From Parasitella parasitica NRRL 2501 (Eukaryota; Fungi; Mucoromycota), in assembly GCA_025201805.1 (NCBI GenBank), contig MU619261.1, positions 236,918-300,917 on the forward strand: DNA of 64,000 bases, read 5' to 3'. Shown piece after piece: positions 1 through 13,736 of this stretch. Position 1 is the stretch's first letter, and the number at the start of each line of letters is the position of its first letter. The position numbers and the translations under genes were made by a program. Under the pieces are notes generated by a model, which was given only the letters and a program-made list of their open reading frames with translations, did not search any database and was not told the DNA's origin.

Positions 1-1
1 C

Positions 2-229
2 TTACAAAGGCCTACAGCTGTCCCTATTGCAGGTGCTCTTCAGTTTGCCAATGCAGTGACCAGTCCATTCAAGAACGCTATCGCCAGCTTGCCAGGTGGA
101 AAGACCATCACGACGCCGCCGCTACAAACAGAACAGGTCGCAAGAGCTGCAATTGCAGCCATAGAATCACAACAGAGTGGAATCTTTGACGTAGAAGGCA
201 TTGAGAAGCTCAGTCGTGCGTACATTTAG
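2..229 (+). CDS. 3' end of an NAD(P)-dependent epimerase/atypical SDR, Coq11/YLR290C-like (partial)
   Basis: Frame from nt 2 reads LQRPTAVPIAGALQFANAVTSPFK...TPPLQTEQVARAAIAAIESQQSGIFDVEGIEKLSRAYI*, with TAG at 227-229. PL-x-x-EQVA-x-AA followed by GIFDVE-x-I resembles the Coq11-type SDR C-terminus. Confidence 0.55.
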   Translation, partial: LQRPTAVPIAGALQFANAVTSPFKNAIASLPGGKTITTPPLQTEQVARAAIAAIESQQSGIFDVEGIEKLSRAYI

Positions 230-399
230 TATCTGCCAATAAAGCATTTTCGCTATTTTCATGCAAAATCATGCCACCGTGTGTAACTGTATTCATCACG
301 TGGTATAGCAACCTAGATTTGGGTATAAAGATGCTCTCTGCTTACCGCACAATCTTTTGTCTTTTTTTTCTATTTTTTTTTTTTTTATCTTCTGTGCAA

Positions 400-1218
400 A
401 TGACATCTATTATTGGCTATACTAGAGTGCCGTTTAACCCCTCATGCTCAATTGCACCTGTTCAACGGCTGTACCAAAGTAGACCTCCATTCAGTAGAAC
501 AGACAATGCTCGCAACAGTAAAAGCAGTGATGGAGATGGTAACAGACCTACTTTTCATCGCATGTTTTCAAGAGAGTCTTTTGGCTCAAACGGCATTATT
601 GAACTGATCACTGACGCTCCCAAGACGCCTCTTCGATCAAGTAAAATATCCATAGTGACAAAGCCGGCCATAGACAACAACAGCAACACCAAGAACGAGA
701 AGATCACGATAAACCACAGAAACTACAACACTCATTTGTCTATTGATCTTGGCAACAAGCGCGACTGCGATCATCTGCCTGCAATGGCCATTGACCAGGT
801 GACGACGACAAACTACGACAGTTTGCAGCGCTTGATGGATTCTATTGCAAAATTAGCACACGACAAGTCTGTCAAATTCTTGAACATCATCGAATTACTA
901 AAACAACTGCAACTGCACCAACCCCAGCATCGTTTTATGAGCTGTATTGACAAGCAAAAGGATGTAATTTTGGTCTACTTTCCTAGCACCATCTCTAAAA
1001 GCGTAGACCAGACTTATAACTGGCTTAAAACGAATGCTGGCATCGATATCAAACACTACGACAATCAATGGAATTTGGTGCAAGACTTTCCAGAAGAAAA
1101 CAACTTTTTCGATGGCCCCAAGTATTTTGAAGATATACACATGTTTATCAATCAGGTGGACGCCTTGATAGAATCAAACGGCCTTTTTTCTCATAAAAAA
1201 AAGGGGGGCAACCAATGA
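400..1218 (+). CDS. Hypothetical protein (~272 aa)
   Basis: Long single ORF. The likely start is ATG 400 (MTSIIGYTR), just after a poly-T leader. No domain recognised. Confidence 0.55.
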   Translation: MTSIIGYTRVPFNPSCSIAPVQRLYQSRPPFSRTDNARNSKSSDGDGNRPTFHRMFSRESFGSNGIIELITDAPKTPLRSSKISIVTKPAIDNNSNTKNEKITINHRNYNTHLSIDLGNKRDCDHLPAMAIDQVTTTNYDSLQRLMDSIAKLAHDKSVKFLNIIELLKQLQLHQPQHRFMSCIDKQKDVILVYFPSTISKSVDQTYNWLKTNAGIDIKHYDNQWNLVQDFPEENNFFDGPKYFEDIHMFINQVDALIESNGLFSHKKKGGNQ

Positions 1219-1749
1219 TGATTTGTCGTTGGTGAGTCAAACGCGCGTCTTGTGATACGAAACTACATTTCACATCCACTAATGCATACCATTTTCTATA
1301 CATACAATATTCATTACATGCCACTTTTTTTTTTTTTTTTTTTAAAAAAAAACTAGTATAAATCTCTCAAATCACATATTAAAAGCGATTGTATATTTCC
1401 TCTGATAAACTCGCCTGGGAAGATGGAAATATGACATATTTGATGCAGTGTCACCTGGAAGCGCCATGATCTGTAATTTATGCAATTTTGAGATTATGTA
1501 GTATGTTCATCAATTAAGCAATACCGACTGATCAGACATTGCCATTTATCCCTTACCGACCAGACAACCAAGAGCAACTTGTAGACGAATACACTACTTT
1601 TGATGAAACGCAAAAAAAGTAGAATATGGCCATGCTGAATATACCGTTATGAATGCTGCCAATAAGGATGCCATGGCCAACAATGAGTCAAAAGATGTAA
1701 AAGACAATTTAGCTAACCTAAAATATTAAAAGAAGACTTTCAGCCAGTT

Positions 1750-2306
1750 CAAATAAAGTACAAAACTATTCCCATGCGGAAATTACTGTTTTTATCCACG
1801 GTTTGCGGGAAGAGGGCTGTAGTGTAACTGAAGTTGCAAAAAGACAAGTATTCTTCGTAGCACAGCCTACAGAATATATGGACAGAGTTCAACGAGAGCG
1901 GCGACAGAGAGCTTCCTGGATTCAAAAANNNNNNNNNNNNNNNAAAAAAAAGACACAAAACAAGACAACTGTGGATTACCTTCCATCTTAAACAAAGAGC
2001 ATTCTCAATTCCTAATCAAGTAAATTGATTCGAATGTTGCATCAACTGTAGACCTGCAAGCTATGTAGAGCCTTTCCGGACTTACAAATATCGGTTAATG
2101 CAGTTTATAAGCATGTGTGGGCAAAACGTAATCTGCCTTTGAAGAGAGCTAAAATATTTCGCGAGGAACGTGATTTATATGAGGTAATTGAAAAGAGGAG
2201 GTTATACGGGATATCAAGAAATGCAAAGAGAATAATGTCGATTGCCAGAAATACTGCGTTTTTATCGATAAAACTGGTACCGTATAATAAGCTTGTAAAG
2301 GTCTAG
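1750..2306 (+). mobile_element. Degenerate Tc1/mariner (IS630-Tc1) transposase, N-terminal HTH region
   Basis: Across frameshifts and stops: NYSHAEITVFIHGLREEGCSVTEVAK / SILRSTAYRI / EFNESGDRELPGFK, then EHSQFLIK*IDSN / LCRAFPDLQISVNAVYKHVWAKRNLPLKRAK. This matches the pattern of Mucorales Tc1-like transposase DNA-binding domains. An N-gap interrupts it at 1929-1943. Confidence 0.65.
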
Positions 2307-3798
2307 GTTCCAACTCAAAAAGGTAGAGCAAAAGACAGCCTTTGGTTTCCAATGATGCCTTAATTCCTCGAATAAGGCAAGCAGATAATTGCGATAGATG
2401 TTTGAATGAAGAACAATTTCATTTTTTTTTTTTTTTTTTTTGGTTTACGCGAACTTCAGTGTGTTATTGTCAGAAAAAAGGCAAAAACTAAGAGAAAACA
2501 ATGTTTAGCGATCTCAGACACAAAAACAAGTAATGCAAAGTAATGAATTAGACTAGAAGACACCTTTTGATTACATATTTGCATAGCTTAGACCAAGATT
2601 TTATGCTCTTTGAGTTGACATCAGATGAAGGTGAGACTTTTCTGACTCTTTTTCGAAAAAGTATTTTTCAAAATCGGAGCGGGAGATCGTCAGGTCAGGT
2701 AGAAGCATGCAAGTACTACCACTAGAAAGCCAAGAAGCACACCATTAAAATAAACTAGTTTGAAATTATTTTTCTCTTAATTTGGTTAATCTATAGCTTC
2801 TCAAAGCTAATGATTTCTTCAAAAAAGAACATCATTTTTCTCTGATAGCGGAGATTAAACGCGTCCAAAATCAGGAAGGTAAAGTTCTTTCAGAAACTCA
2901 ATTTGGACATTTCGAATCCAAAATTACTCCTTTGAGGCAAGATATCATCCTCTGATACTATGCATACCACGGCTGTCAGTCTATGATAATAGCTGTATTT
3001 TTGGGCGTTCTACCCGATGGTATTACTTTATAATTCCCCGTATGCCTGTGGAAGTAATTCTGTTGAGAAAGCTTCAATATCAGATCAAGAGGGAAAGGTC
3101 AACATTTTGCTTAATCAAAGCGCATTGCCAGTTTTTCAGATCATGGAATGGTCTTTTACGATCATTTTCCTCCAATATATGTCATAGTAAAAAGTTGCAT
3201 TTTTGAGGTCAAAAGTGAAGATAATGCATAATTGATGATTTTGGATGTGTGGATACAAGGAAAAAATCGAAAAAAATCTGTCATTTTGCATAGAAAAAAA
3301 AATCATGCTCAAATTGCACCAAAACCATATATAATGCAGTTTTTTCCCAATGAATACTATTTCTGGCGTTTTCAGGGCACTTTTAATTATAAAAATCAGT
3401 CAAAAAATGGCACACAAAGCTAAAGTTCTTGCTTTTAAGCTGTAAAGAATATCTATCTGGAGATGATATCACGTCAATATCAATTATGAAATTTAAACAA
3501 TTTTGTATTGTGATTGTTCAGTTTCAGGTATCTGAAGTACATGTCGTTAGTGTCGAAAAAGAATTGTTATTGCATTGAAAAATGGGATACTAAAAAACCC
3601 AAGTATTCATTCATTAAAAAAATTACTATTGCTCCTGCACAATAGTTGTTTGATAAAAAAAAAAGTCGCAATTTCGCACATTATATCACTATAAAATGTT
3701 CTCTAGTCTCGGACATAAAAAATTGTTGCGCGTATAAATTAATTATCTTGTGATCCTTTTGAAAAGAGNNNNNNNNNNNNNNNNNNNNNNNNNNNNNN

Positions 3799-3853
<55 letters not shown>

Positions 3854-4982
3854 AAGATTAAGATTAAGTGAAACAATTGAAGATATAGATCCTAAATATA
3901 AAGAAGGTAATTATTAGCTTAGTCGTCAAATACAAGACTAATTTAATTAAACAATGCTTAATAATTAATTACTTCTGCAATTGCAGAGATCTCTGCTGCT
4001 AATGTTGCCATGTAAATTAACACCATATCTCAGCAACTTACTGCTGTTATTTTCAACTCCTATGACGACTCATCCTTTTTTAGTCTATAAAGCCTTATGA
4101 ATACGAAGGATTGTAACAGCTTTTTGATTATTCGATGTCCCCTTTGAAATTTTGCGTGATTATTGTGAAAAACAGATACTAAATTTTTTTTTTTAAAAAA
4201 AAAGCAAAAACATCTTCTGTCTTATTCAAGACAAGAAGTTAATATCATATAATATAAACAACATGCCTAGTTTATATGATTCCAGCAGCAGTAAGAGTGT
4301 TGTATCAAGATTTATAAATGAAGAAAGTCCTGGATCATGCAGTACCATGATGAAGCAAGCTCTTTTGGAACTCGGAGATAAGTGAGCTATTCAAGAACTA
4401 TACAAAAACTTATGTCCACTGAAAATGTGAATTCGGTCCTAGTAAAACGTGTATCAAGTAGCTCTGGTCCTGCTGGCTTCAACATAGCACAGTTCTTGAT
4501 CAGATAGATTCTTGGCAGGTAGTGATGTTTTAAAGAGTTGATTTAGAACAAATTTGCCAAAGAATTACACTTTATCACGGATAAATTTCGTAGGTGTATT
4601 TATACGCAATCGTTATTCAAGGAAGGTTGCTATAATGTGGGTGATAACAAAATCCAACACTTATGGAGTGTATTAAATCTAAATCGCCCATGAATTAACC
4701 CGAAAAATATGCGACATATTACCTTTTCCTGAAAATCATATAATGTTTTATCATTGCACTTGGGCTTCTAGCAAAACAACTTTGAGAAATATGAGGATCT
4801 AATTGATAGGCAAATACGATTACAAATATTTGTATCATACACACACTGCTAGTAACACATATACGATCATGTTAAAAGATATGAGATAGGGATTTATTTT
4901 AATGCATGTATTTACATGTATGTTACATTTACTACAATTGCTACTATTTCTGATTCTACTACTTCTATTGCTATACTAATTT

Positions 4983-7540
4983 TCAAATGCCTTCAGTTGA
5001 AACTTTTGCTAAACGTTGAGCCAAAGCAGCCTTGAATTCATCATTTTGAGTAGGTGCAGCTGTTGGGGTGGCACTATGAGCAGTAGTAACAGGAGGCTTA
5101 GGTACAGGTCGAGGGGGCACAATAGGCACTTGATGCTGTAATGATGGCGAATTATTATTCCAAACATCACTCTTTGTTGGCGCAACATGAAAATTCTCTG
5201 TTTCCTCTTTTGATAAACCTTCAGTTGACCCGCCTTCATGAATTGTAACTGGCCTTGCAAAGATGCCATTGCTGCCATCCACACTCTTTCTGAATGGGAA
5301 AAACGAGGACTGGCTGTACCTTCTCTCCTCCTCTTCTTCCACACTACTGTCTCCATGAGTACTAAGCGTGTTCAAAGAAATGGAGCCTGTACTAAATCTG
5401 ACATTGGAACTGGCGTTGCTAAAGACAGAACTGGTCCGGTTGCCATTACTACTGCTACGAGCACCATACATGCTATTTGATTTTACTTGAGGTGGCTCTC
5501 TTAGTGTGCTCAACTCATCTACCGTATTCTGACTCACCCAAGATCGCATCAGAATGTACTGTGTAGCCAATTTCTGCTGCTCATCCAAGTTTTCATCGTC
5601 TCCATCATCCATTGATATGTTGGCTGCGCTGCTGCCGCTGCCGCTGCTGCTGTTGGGCGACTCGTTACCGCCAAAAAATCCACCGCCACTGAACCGCTGT
5701 ATACGGGATGCGCCGCGATGTAAAGCACTGGACAAAGCTGGTCTAAAATGATGTTTTTGCGATGATTTCAAAAACGCAGCAGGTATCGAAGGTGTGTAGC
5801 ATGGCCCTGTTTGAAAACGATGAATGGTATTCAGTACCTCGTGGATACGGGGTTCATTCTCTGCGCTACTGCCAGCGTTTGAGGAGTTCTTGAAGGCGGC
5901 TAGTAAATAAGTGATATCATGGATAAAGGTGCCAAGAAATGGAACTGTGGGTCTCGAGTAATGCTCATCCCGGATCAATTGCACACTTTTGCCGTTAACT
6001 ACGCTGGTTTTCACCATGCCCATATGCTCTCGGTATTGTCCATAATTGTTGGCTTCAGACATGAGTTCGTTCAATGCATCCAGCTTAGTGACGCTCTTCT
6101 TGGGTATATACGCCCAAGTACGCTTAAGACGCTGCACAGGGGGCGTGTTTAGTGCTGATATAATGGCTTTAAGTGTTTGATAATTGTTAATGTCCAAACA
6201 GCGGGAGGCTACTTTGATCCAGTAATGGATGAGTTGGGCTCTTGCTGATGCTTCTTGTGGTAACAATACTGCATGTTCAATACAACGAGTGATGTAGTTG
6301 AAGAAATCCGTCGAAGCTACAATGCGAGGATGGGGGTGTTTGGAAGAATGCTCCAAGAGCGCCAAAGGAGGGATAGCATTGAAGATAGCAGCTTCAATTA
6401 GGGTGATTTGATAAGCAATAACATGTGCTTGAAACTGCAGAATACTTGGTATGGTCGCAGCACTCATGTAAATCGTGCGCACGCCGTTCAAAGTAACCTT
6501 CAATTCCGCCAACACTCGCAAGTACTGTGCAATCATCTGGTCCAGGCTGTCTTCTGTCATCGCATCGAGTGCCTGGCCTTGTGAGATTGCTTGTTTGCGG
6601 GCTCTGCAGCTGCGAATCTTGTCTTCAAATTCATTTACCTTTTGTTGCAACACTCGATGCGTTGTAAGGAGGGGAGGTGCAGGAATCAAGGGAACATGAT
6701 CTGTGCTCATGGAACCAGACGATGGAGCCAGGCTATCGCCGGCATTTGTTTGAGCCGGCACCAGATAATCAGGGTCGATTCCCCCTTCAGCGACAATGCG
6801 AACATTGGCAACATGCGTGGTATTTTCTGACAAATATTCGGTAGACGGCCTTGGGGAAGTCTGCAATGTGCTGATATGATTGTGAGGGAGCGGCGGCAAA
6901 CTAATTGGTCGGCTTTCGTGAACCCGTGGTTTAATCGTCATTGGCTCTTGTTTGTACGAATCGTCTAAAAATCAGATTAACAACCAACGCCTGCTTAAAA
7001 CCTTGCAAATTTACCCAGCAATTCAGTTTCCACAAGAGTGGCGGGTGTTTGCTGAGCAGCTGTTGCCGTCGTCGTAACCGTAGGAGAGGTGACTTTGGGC
7101 TTTGGTGGTACGGCCGGTTTCTGCATTCTCGAAGGTTTTGGAGGCAGAGGAGGGCGCTTTTGATCACCCGTAGTCTGCCTACCGATAGGAGTGTATGTTG
7201 TGGTTGAGTGCTTCTCAATGATATTTTCAATGTGCAGCAAGCATGTTTTGATGGATGATAGCAGCAAGGCGTATTGCTTTGGGCTTGAAATAATGGCTAT
7301 ATTTAAAGAAACAATGTTGGATTGAATGTATCTTTTGCAGTACGCAACTTACAAGAATGTACAAATTTGACATCATTTAATGTTTCAATTGCGCTTTTGC
7401 TGATTGATGTGAATGAGAAATAGGCTTCCTAGTAATGAATTAGGTTTGCAAAGCAAAAAGAAAAAAAAAGCGGGTTCTTTTACTTTTATCTGTCCTCTTT
7501 CTTCCAGCTCAATAGCATTTTGTATATCTTGGTCAAACAT
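4983..7540 (-). CDS. RasGEF (CDC25 domain) protein with N-terminal MIT-like helical region and Pro-rich linker
   Basis: CDC25 motifs IAYQITLIE, RAQLIHYWIKVA, NNYQTLKAIISAL, VQRLKRTW, NYGQYR and PTVPFLGTFIHDITYL. Spliced model starts ATG 7540 (MFDQDIQNAIELEERGQIK-EAYFSF...), with introns ~7429-7483, ~7297-7352 and 6965-7014. Confidence 0.85.
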
Positions 7541-8761
7541 TATCTATATAACAAAAAACTCGAGTCTTTTGATGCCAAGCTTTCTATTTCTACTATGATA
7601 TCAATTAAAGAAGGAGGGAAAAGACAAAAGGACGAAGAGAAAGAGAGAGAAAGAGAGAGAAAGAGAGAAGAAAGAGAGAAAGAGAGAAAACTCGGGGAGA
7701 AAATTTGTGTGAAAATACACCCAGACATGTAATATCTGAACTAGTGCAAACAACTTGAGATAATTATTCCATATAGTTTGTGTATCAATAGCGTTTTGTC
7801 CTGCATCATGAGGGTTTTATCCCAGATAATCTTATGTTAACTAATCATCTGAACAGATCAATTATGCTGTGCATTAATCCGCTATTGCGTACACATACAT
7901 CATCCGACAATACATGGCTTTGGCTCTACTGTTAAAAAGAAAGTCGTAATAAGCTTAAACTTTATATATACAAATCTCCCGCTTTGCCTATTTTGTTATG
8001 TTTCCGTTTAAGGGTGGATAGCCACCTTTTTCCGGGCAAGCTTACTAGCATGATGAAATCTCGGGAATCGAACAAGGCTTTTAAAGGCTCAACCAAGCCA
8101 GCGTAATAATAACAATATTATGTTCTTCGTTTCGTTTGCCTTAAAACCTAGTGAATTGCGTTTTGTCCTATCTAAAAATAAGTCTGATTAGGTATACCTA
8201 TTTTTAAAAAATGTCAACTGTCTCAGGAACGATCGCATAGCTACTTTGGACGCATCAATATTATAAATTATTATTGTCATAATATGTAGAACAAAATTGT
8301 AATGTTGAATTCGTAGGCAAAAATAATCTGACCTACTGAAAGCTTTTCTATCTTGGGATAGATTGATTTTTTAAAGAGTATAATTTATCAAGAGAAATCC
8401 ATTATTAATACTAATCATGAAAAAAGTCTGTTTCAACACTTTTAATAAGGCGGCAGCCGTGTTGCCAAAATTGAAGTAGAACCCATCACTACTTCTTGTT
8501 ATCGGCGATATTTGCTTATTTCAAAAGAGAATGCGCCAAAGCATACGTTAGTGCTAGATGAGCAGTTTTAGAGCAACTGTGCCCGTCAAAGTACCAGGAA
8601 AATCCTACGATATCTATGAATAAGGACAAAGTAATTACATCGAGTACAATTCTTGATTCAAGTAACACAGAAGAAGCTATTATAAAAACACACATTGAAT
8701 ATAGTCAATTCGGGCAACAAGCCATATTGCCACCATACCTTCACTTATTGAGCTAGTACTG

Positions 8762-9289
8762 TTATATCTGTTTCCTAATCAAGCAAATGTACAGTATAAT
8801 GTATAGAATGATATCATGTTTAATTTTAGTTTCATGCATATGTAAGACGTTATTTTTAACATGAGGACTATATACAGTCAAACCTATGAAAGTGACAATT
8901 ATTTTTGTAAAACCGCCAATTTCCATTGGTTTGACTGTATAATGATATTTACCTGTGTTTGTTGGTGTTACAAAGTCTCCTTGTTTTGCTGCTAATGACT
9001 TTGAGTTTGTAGAGACAGCATTTGCTGGAGGCACCCAAATGTCGAGTGATTTGCTGCTTGCAGGATTTTGCTGTGAAGAATTCATGCTAATAGGCTTGTA
9101 CACGGCTCTAATCGAGTTCAAAACGGGATTTTTATCCAAAATGATGTTCTTGGCGCTTAGCGTCGCGTTCATGTGGTCCTGGATAACGAGAAGAGATTGG
9201 GATTGACTATGAGCTAGAAAAGGGGCATACAGCAAGATGGTTGCAGAGATTGGCAACAAAACAGACATCAAAAGACGAAATAGATGCAT
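8762..9289 (-). CDS. Hypothetical secreted/membrane protein
   Basis: 175-aa ORF with a hydrophobic signal-like N-terminus. The 3' end is uncertain (possible intron). Confidence 0.45.
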   Translation of the reverse strand: MHLFRLLMSVLLPISATILLYAPFLAHSQSQSLLVIQDHMNATLSAKNIILDKNPVLNSIRAVYKPISMNSSQQNPASSKSLDIWVPPANAVSTNSKSLAAKQGDFVTPTNTGKYHYTVKPMEIGGFTKIIVTFIGLTVYSPHVKNNVLHMHETKIKHDIILYIILYICLIRKQI

Positions 9290-9415
9290 GACAGAAAAAG
9301 ATGGAGAAAGAATTCAGCTTATCATCATTTCAATTGTTGATTTTTATATACTATATTTTGTAAAAAAAAATTTAACACTTTCATTGTGAAGGGGTTTCAT
9401 TGTGATAGCCAGCTT

Positions 9416-10499
9416 TTATGTGCATGAAAATATCGCCAGAGTCTTCTTGACTCTTTTTGATAATCCCTGGTAGTTTTGTTGTCCCAATTTGAAGTGCTGT
9501 TGATGCTGGTTGGCTTGTGTTACTGGATGATAACAAAATTCTTTGTGGTTATCTTTATGTAACTGTGGTCGTGGTTGCAGCTTATCCCTGACAATCACTA
9601 CGGGTATACTAGAATGTTTGAGTCTATACTTGAATATACCGGCACCGGAATAAGCATGTTTGTATTTCGCTTTATTTCTGGATCCAACAACTAGCATCGA
9701 AGGTTGATACATCCGCAGCTGTTGCCATGCAGAAAAAAAAATTTGTCAATCAGTATTCTCATATTATCAACTGGTGCAAATACCATTTCTTCTAAAGCAA
9801 GTTCAGGTCTGCCAAATGTTAATTCTACAACCATGCTTATCTAAATTGGAATAATCATACAGTGAATATAGGCTAGTCTACATGGATTTATATATTACAT
9901 TGTCCCCTTGGTGCGATTCTACTATCCAATTCATTATCTCTTGTGCTTTATCTTTTGGCTGAAGCTCCTCGTCATCTATTATGTATAAAAAATTACAACC
10001 AAATATCTGATACTCATCATCTTCTTACGATGTAAATATATATATATATATATACCTGCAAGTTGGCCTTGTGAATAGACGCCAACGACAACAACTTCAT
10101 CTCCTTCGTCTACGAGATTCTAGATGTTGGTGATTTTAGGAATAGGATATGTGTCTTTGTATGTGTCAAATTGTTGTCATTAGTGATAAATACCGTCAAT
10201 GCAAATACAAGTGGTTCTACACTACGGCAGTCTAAATCAATAGCCACGATAAATGTACGGGTTCTTCTGTTTCTTTCAAACCCTTTACTGCACTGCTTTA
10301 GTGTAAAAGATTGAAATGCAGGTGAGATATTGGTGACGTTGTCAAAGGAAACTCGTCTTTGATATGTTCTTGAGCTATCAAAAGAGGACTGGATCGAATG
10401 GCGTGATTCCAAAGATAACGATGAAGCTTGCTTATTTAGTTTCGAAGCCAGAGAAGGTTCAACAATCAGTACTTTTCTTGGTTTATTTTCTGCCATCAT
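9416..10499 (-). CDS. Universal stress protein (USP/UspA-domain) protein, multi-exon
   Basis: RRVSFDN and GFERNRRTRTFIVAID in exon 1; PSMLVVGSR...YRLKHSSIPVVIVR in the last exon. These are typical of fungal USP proteins. Intervening exons lie at ~9785-9840, ~9900-9980 and ~10057-10110. Confidence 0.8.
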
Positions 10500-10734
10500 T
10501 TGCCGTGCTACTATGCGAAAGAAAGATTTCTATGTAAGTTTCCGACATCTACTATACAGTGCAAAACGATTTATTTGTTTATTGGTGAAAGCTTTGTTTT
10601 GATGGACACAGACAAAATATATAAGCATTTGGGCTAAAATAATCTGATGGCTAGAAGAAAAATTTACAATTCTGTTGTACAATATATAATATGAAGAGGA
10701 GTTATATGGAATTAGTTTGTTAAAATGCAAATTG

Positions 10735-11796
10735 CTATTGGCGAAATTGCTGTTGTTGTAGTTGCCACGAGTCAGTAGGTTGTTGTTGTTGGCCTAGGGC
10801 TGATACAGTATTATGGGCAAACGGAACTTGCTTCAATTTGGCAATATGCGAATGTTCAATGTGGTACTTCAGTCCATTGAGATTCTTGTAGCGTTTGTTG
10901 CAATAACCAATTGTACACATGTACGGCTTCTGAGCGTCTCTTTCTGCCTCACTTAAAGTATCCTCCTCTGAGTGCCCATGCATTTGATGATATTTAAGTC
11001 CATTTGGATTTTTATAAGCCTTATCGCAACCCTCAATAGGACATTTATAGGGTTTATCTTGACCATCGTCTATAAATTTGGTGTCAGTAGACGACCACTC
11101 AATGACTCATTTTAAAGAACTTACCACAAGTTTGGTACAATGCTTCAGATCTAAAATAATGTAGACTTTCATGGGCGGCTATAGGTGAGCTTGTATCTAT
11201 CAGTGCTGGTAAAGCTTGCTTCAAGATATCTTCAGTATGTTGGCTTTGGCTGATAATTGGAGACGATAATACTTCATTAGTGGTTGTAGGATCACTAGGA
11301 GCAGGAACGTCTCCTACTGGCGTGGGCACCCGTACTTCGATGTTCTTCCGGATTAATGGGCTACTGGTAAGCGCAGCAAGTTCATGGGGCTGCGTGGGCA
11401 AGGCCGTAGAAAACGTATCAACACCCTCCATCACCATGTCACTAACATCATCTTCTCCTTCTTTTGGTTCTGGTTCTTCTTCAATAGGGGCATGATGATG
11501 TTCCTCATAATGATGTAACAGTTCGTGCAAATCTTTGACTCGAGTACCACAGCAAACTAAATCACTGCAAAAAGCAGACTCTAATTCTCTTTGGTGTACA
11601 AAGCTGTCTCTGTGCTGAAATAAAGCTGGCATCGTGTGTGATGAAGGTGAATACGACATTGCTGAAGCTCCATTACCACTACTACATAATATACACAAGA
11701 ATTCATTGAACCGACTTATATTGACGACATATATATGAGATATACTTACATGGATTGTTTCCGCTTAAAGCTTATATTTATATTTTGTGATGCCAT
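10735..11796 (-). CDS. SFP1: Sfp1-like C2H2 zinc-finger transcription factor
   Basis: ESAFCSDLVCCGTRVKDLHELLHHYEEHH, plus DKPYKCPIEGCDKAYKNPNGLKYHQMHGH and KPYMCTIGYCNKRYKNLNGLKYHIEHSH. Start MASQNINISFKRKQS at 11796, with introns ~11682-11749 and ~11070-11125. Confidence 0.85.
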
Positions 11797-13626
11797 GTAT
11801 GTTTATTGTTTCAATTAAGAGAATTTCTTACACAATAACAAAAGATGAAAAGGGAGAAGATAGAAAAGCAAATTATGAAAACAAGTTTCAGTTTTGGTTT
11901 CAAATGTAGCAAGGATATATAGGAAAAAGTGACAGGTTTGATGTGATCAAATTATTAATTGATCATTGCTGATTCATCGCACCAATGTTATGTCATATAC
12001 TAAGCGATACCTGTTACACAAAATCCTACACAATATTGTCTACAAATAATGTCAATACTACTATATTTATATCGCAATCTCTGTTACTCTACAGTAAAGT
12101 CTCTTTAAAGGCTAATCAAGACATCTGATTATAAACTTTAAAAAAAGTAATTAGCCTTGGAGAGAGATGGGTACTATGGAAATTACTGAGGTCATTCAAG
12201 AAGTTTTCATAAAAAAAACGCACAAAAGCAAACTTTTATATTCCAATGTTAGATTGAGTCTTGTATACACACATTGAAGCGATTAATAAACTGGAAATAT
12301 TTGTTTATCTAGTCAAAATACGTATACATGCCTATAATAGGAGTAACCGATGGCTAAAAAAAACAATTGTCTGTATAGTATATTTTGCAGTTCAATTTGT
12401 ATACAAGAAATGCTATTAATTAATATTTTGTAATCATGTAAACATAGGCTTTTTCCAGAAAATTATTTTACTATTTTGTAATGCATTAAATGTAAACATT
12501 ATGCATCAAATCAACATTTCTAGCCAAAATGCACGACGGCTTCATAATTTGTATATTAATACGCACACATGTAGGTATTAAAAAGGACAAATAAAGCAAA
12601 AATAAAGATCATTGACTTTTTAACCCCTAGAATTTTAAATAAGACATGTAACCTTTTGTGTCAAATAAAATATCATTATTTTTTTTAAAACATAGGAGAT
12701 ATATCTAATTTTATATAGCTCGCTTAGAAAGATGTTTTGATCTGACATTATTGATGTGACTCATACAATTGCAATATATACCATTATGTTACGATCAATA
12801 TAGCCGTTACCGATTTTCTTTTTGACAGGAAACGATTTCAAGTTTCCTTAACAACGACGAGTATTTTTTAATTAGTCGTAAATCTCTATAAAAATCGTAA
12901 ATTATATTCAGGCACATGAATGTGATTTTCTCTTAACCGGACTAAATCTTTTGTGCTCCATCTAACAAATTGGATATACAATATGTCTTGTACTACATGC
13001 AATCGAACTATGATAATCAAGTGAAGGCATAATAGCGGCGCGATGTCGTTAGAGAGCTAGAGACGTCTAAGATTATGATACTTTTTGACCATCAACGCAC
13101 TTGATTTATATAATGTCAAAAAATAATGTTGCTTCTAGCAGACTAAAGAGAGATGTTAAGTAAATCTTTACAAATTACAATAACATGTCCTAACCCCTGC
13201 GTCGCTCTAAACCGTTGTTATTATCATGCGTTCAAACCGGGGCAACAGACTATTAAAAAAGCGCTCCAAACGGTGTATTGATTTTTTAGTTTCCATTATA
13301 AATATGTGAGAAAATAAATGTATCATACGAAATCTGGGGTACATTTAGACATGGCTTTTTGCAACTACTGCAACCAAAGAAAGTGACATTTTTTGTGCCA
13401 GTTAAAGCAGCAAAAAGCGAGAATGAAAGGCCTTTAAAAAAGGGAATGCATTCGCTTTTAAAATGTGGAAAATATACAACATTTCTTCACATTGTTTATT
13501 TTTTACATAACGGTAAATACTTGTGCCGTTTATTCTTAAAAGAGTGACATGGTCCCCACTTTTTTTTATTTTTTTTTTTATTATTTTGACTATAACAAAT
13601 CACTTTCTTCTTCTCTTCTGATTGCT

Positions 13627-13630
<4 letters not shown>

Positions 13631-13711
<81 letters not shown>

Positions 13712-13736
13712 TTCTTTCTCTCTCTCTCTCTTTCTC
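13631..13736 (+). repeat. (CT)n microsatellite upstream of the WOPR gene
   Basis: About 105 nt of imperfect CT dinucleotide repeat. Confidence 0.95.
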
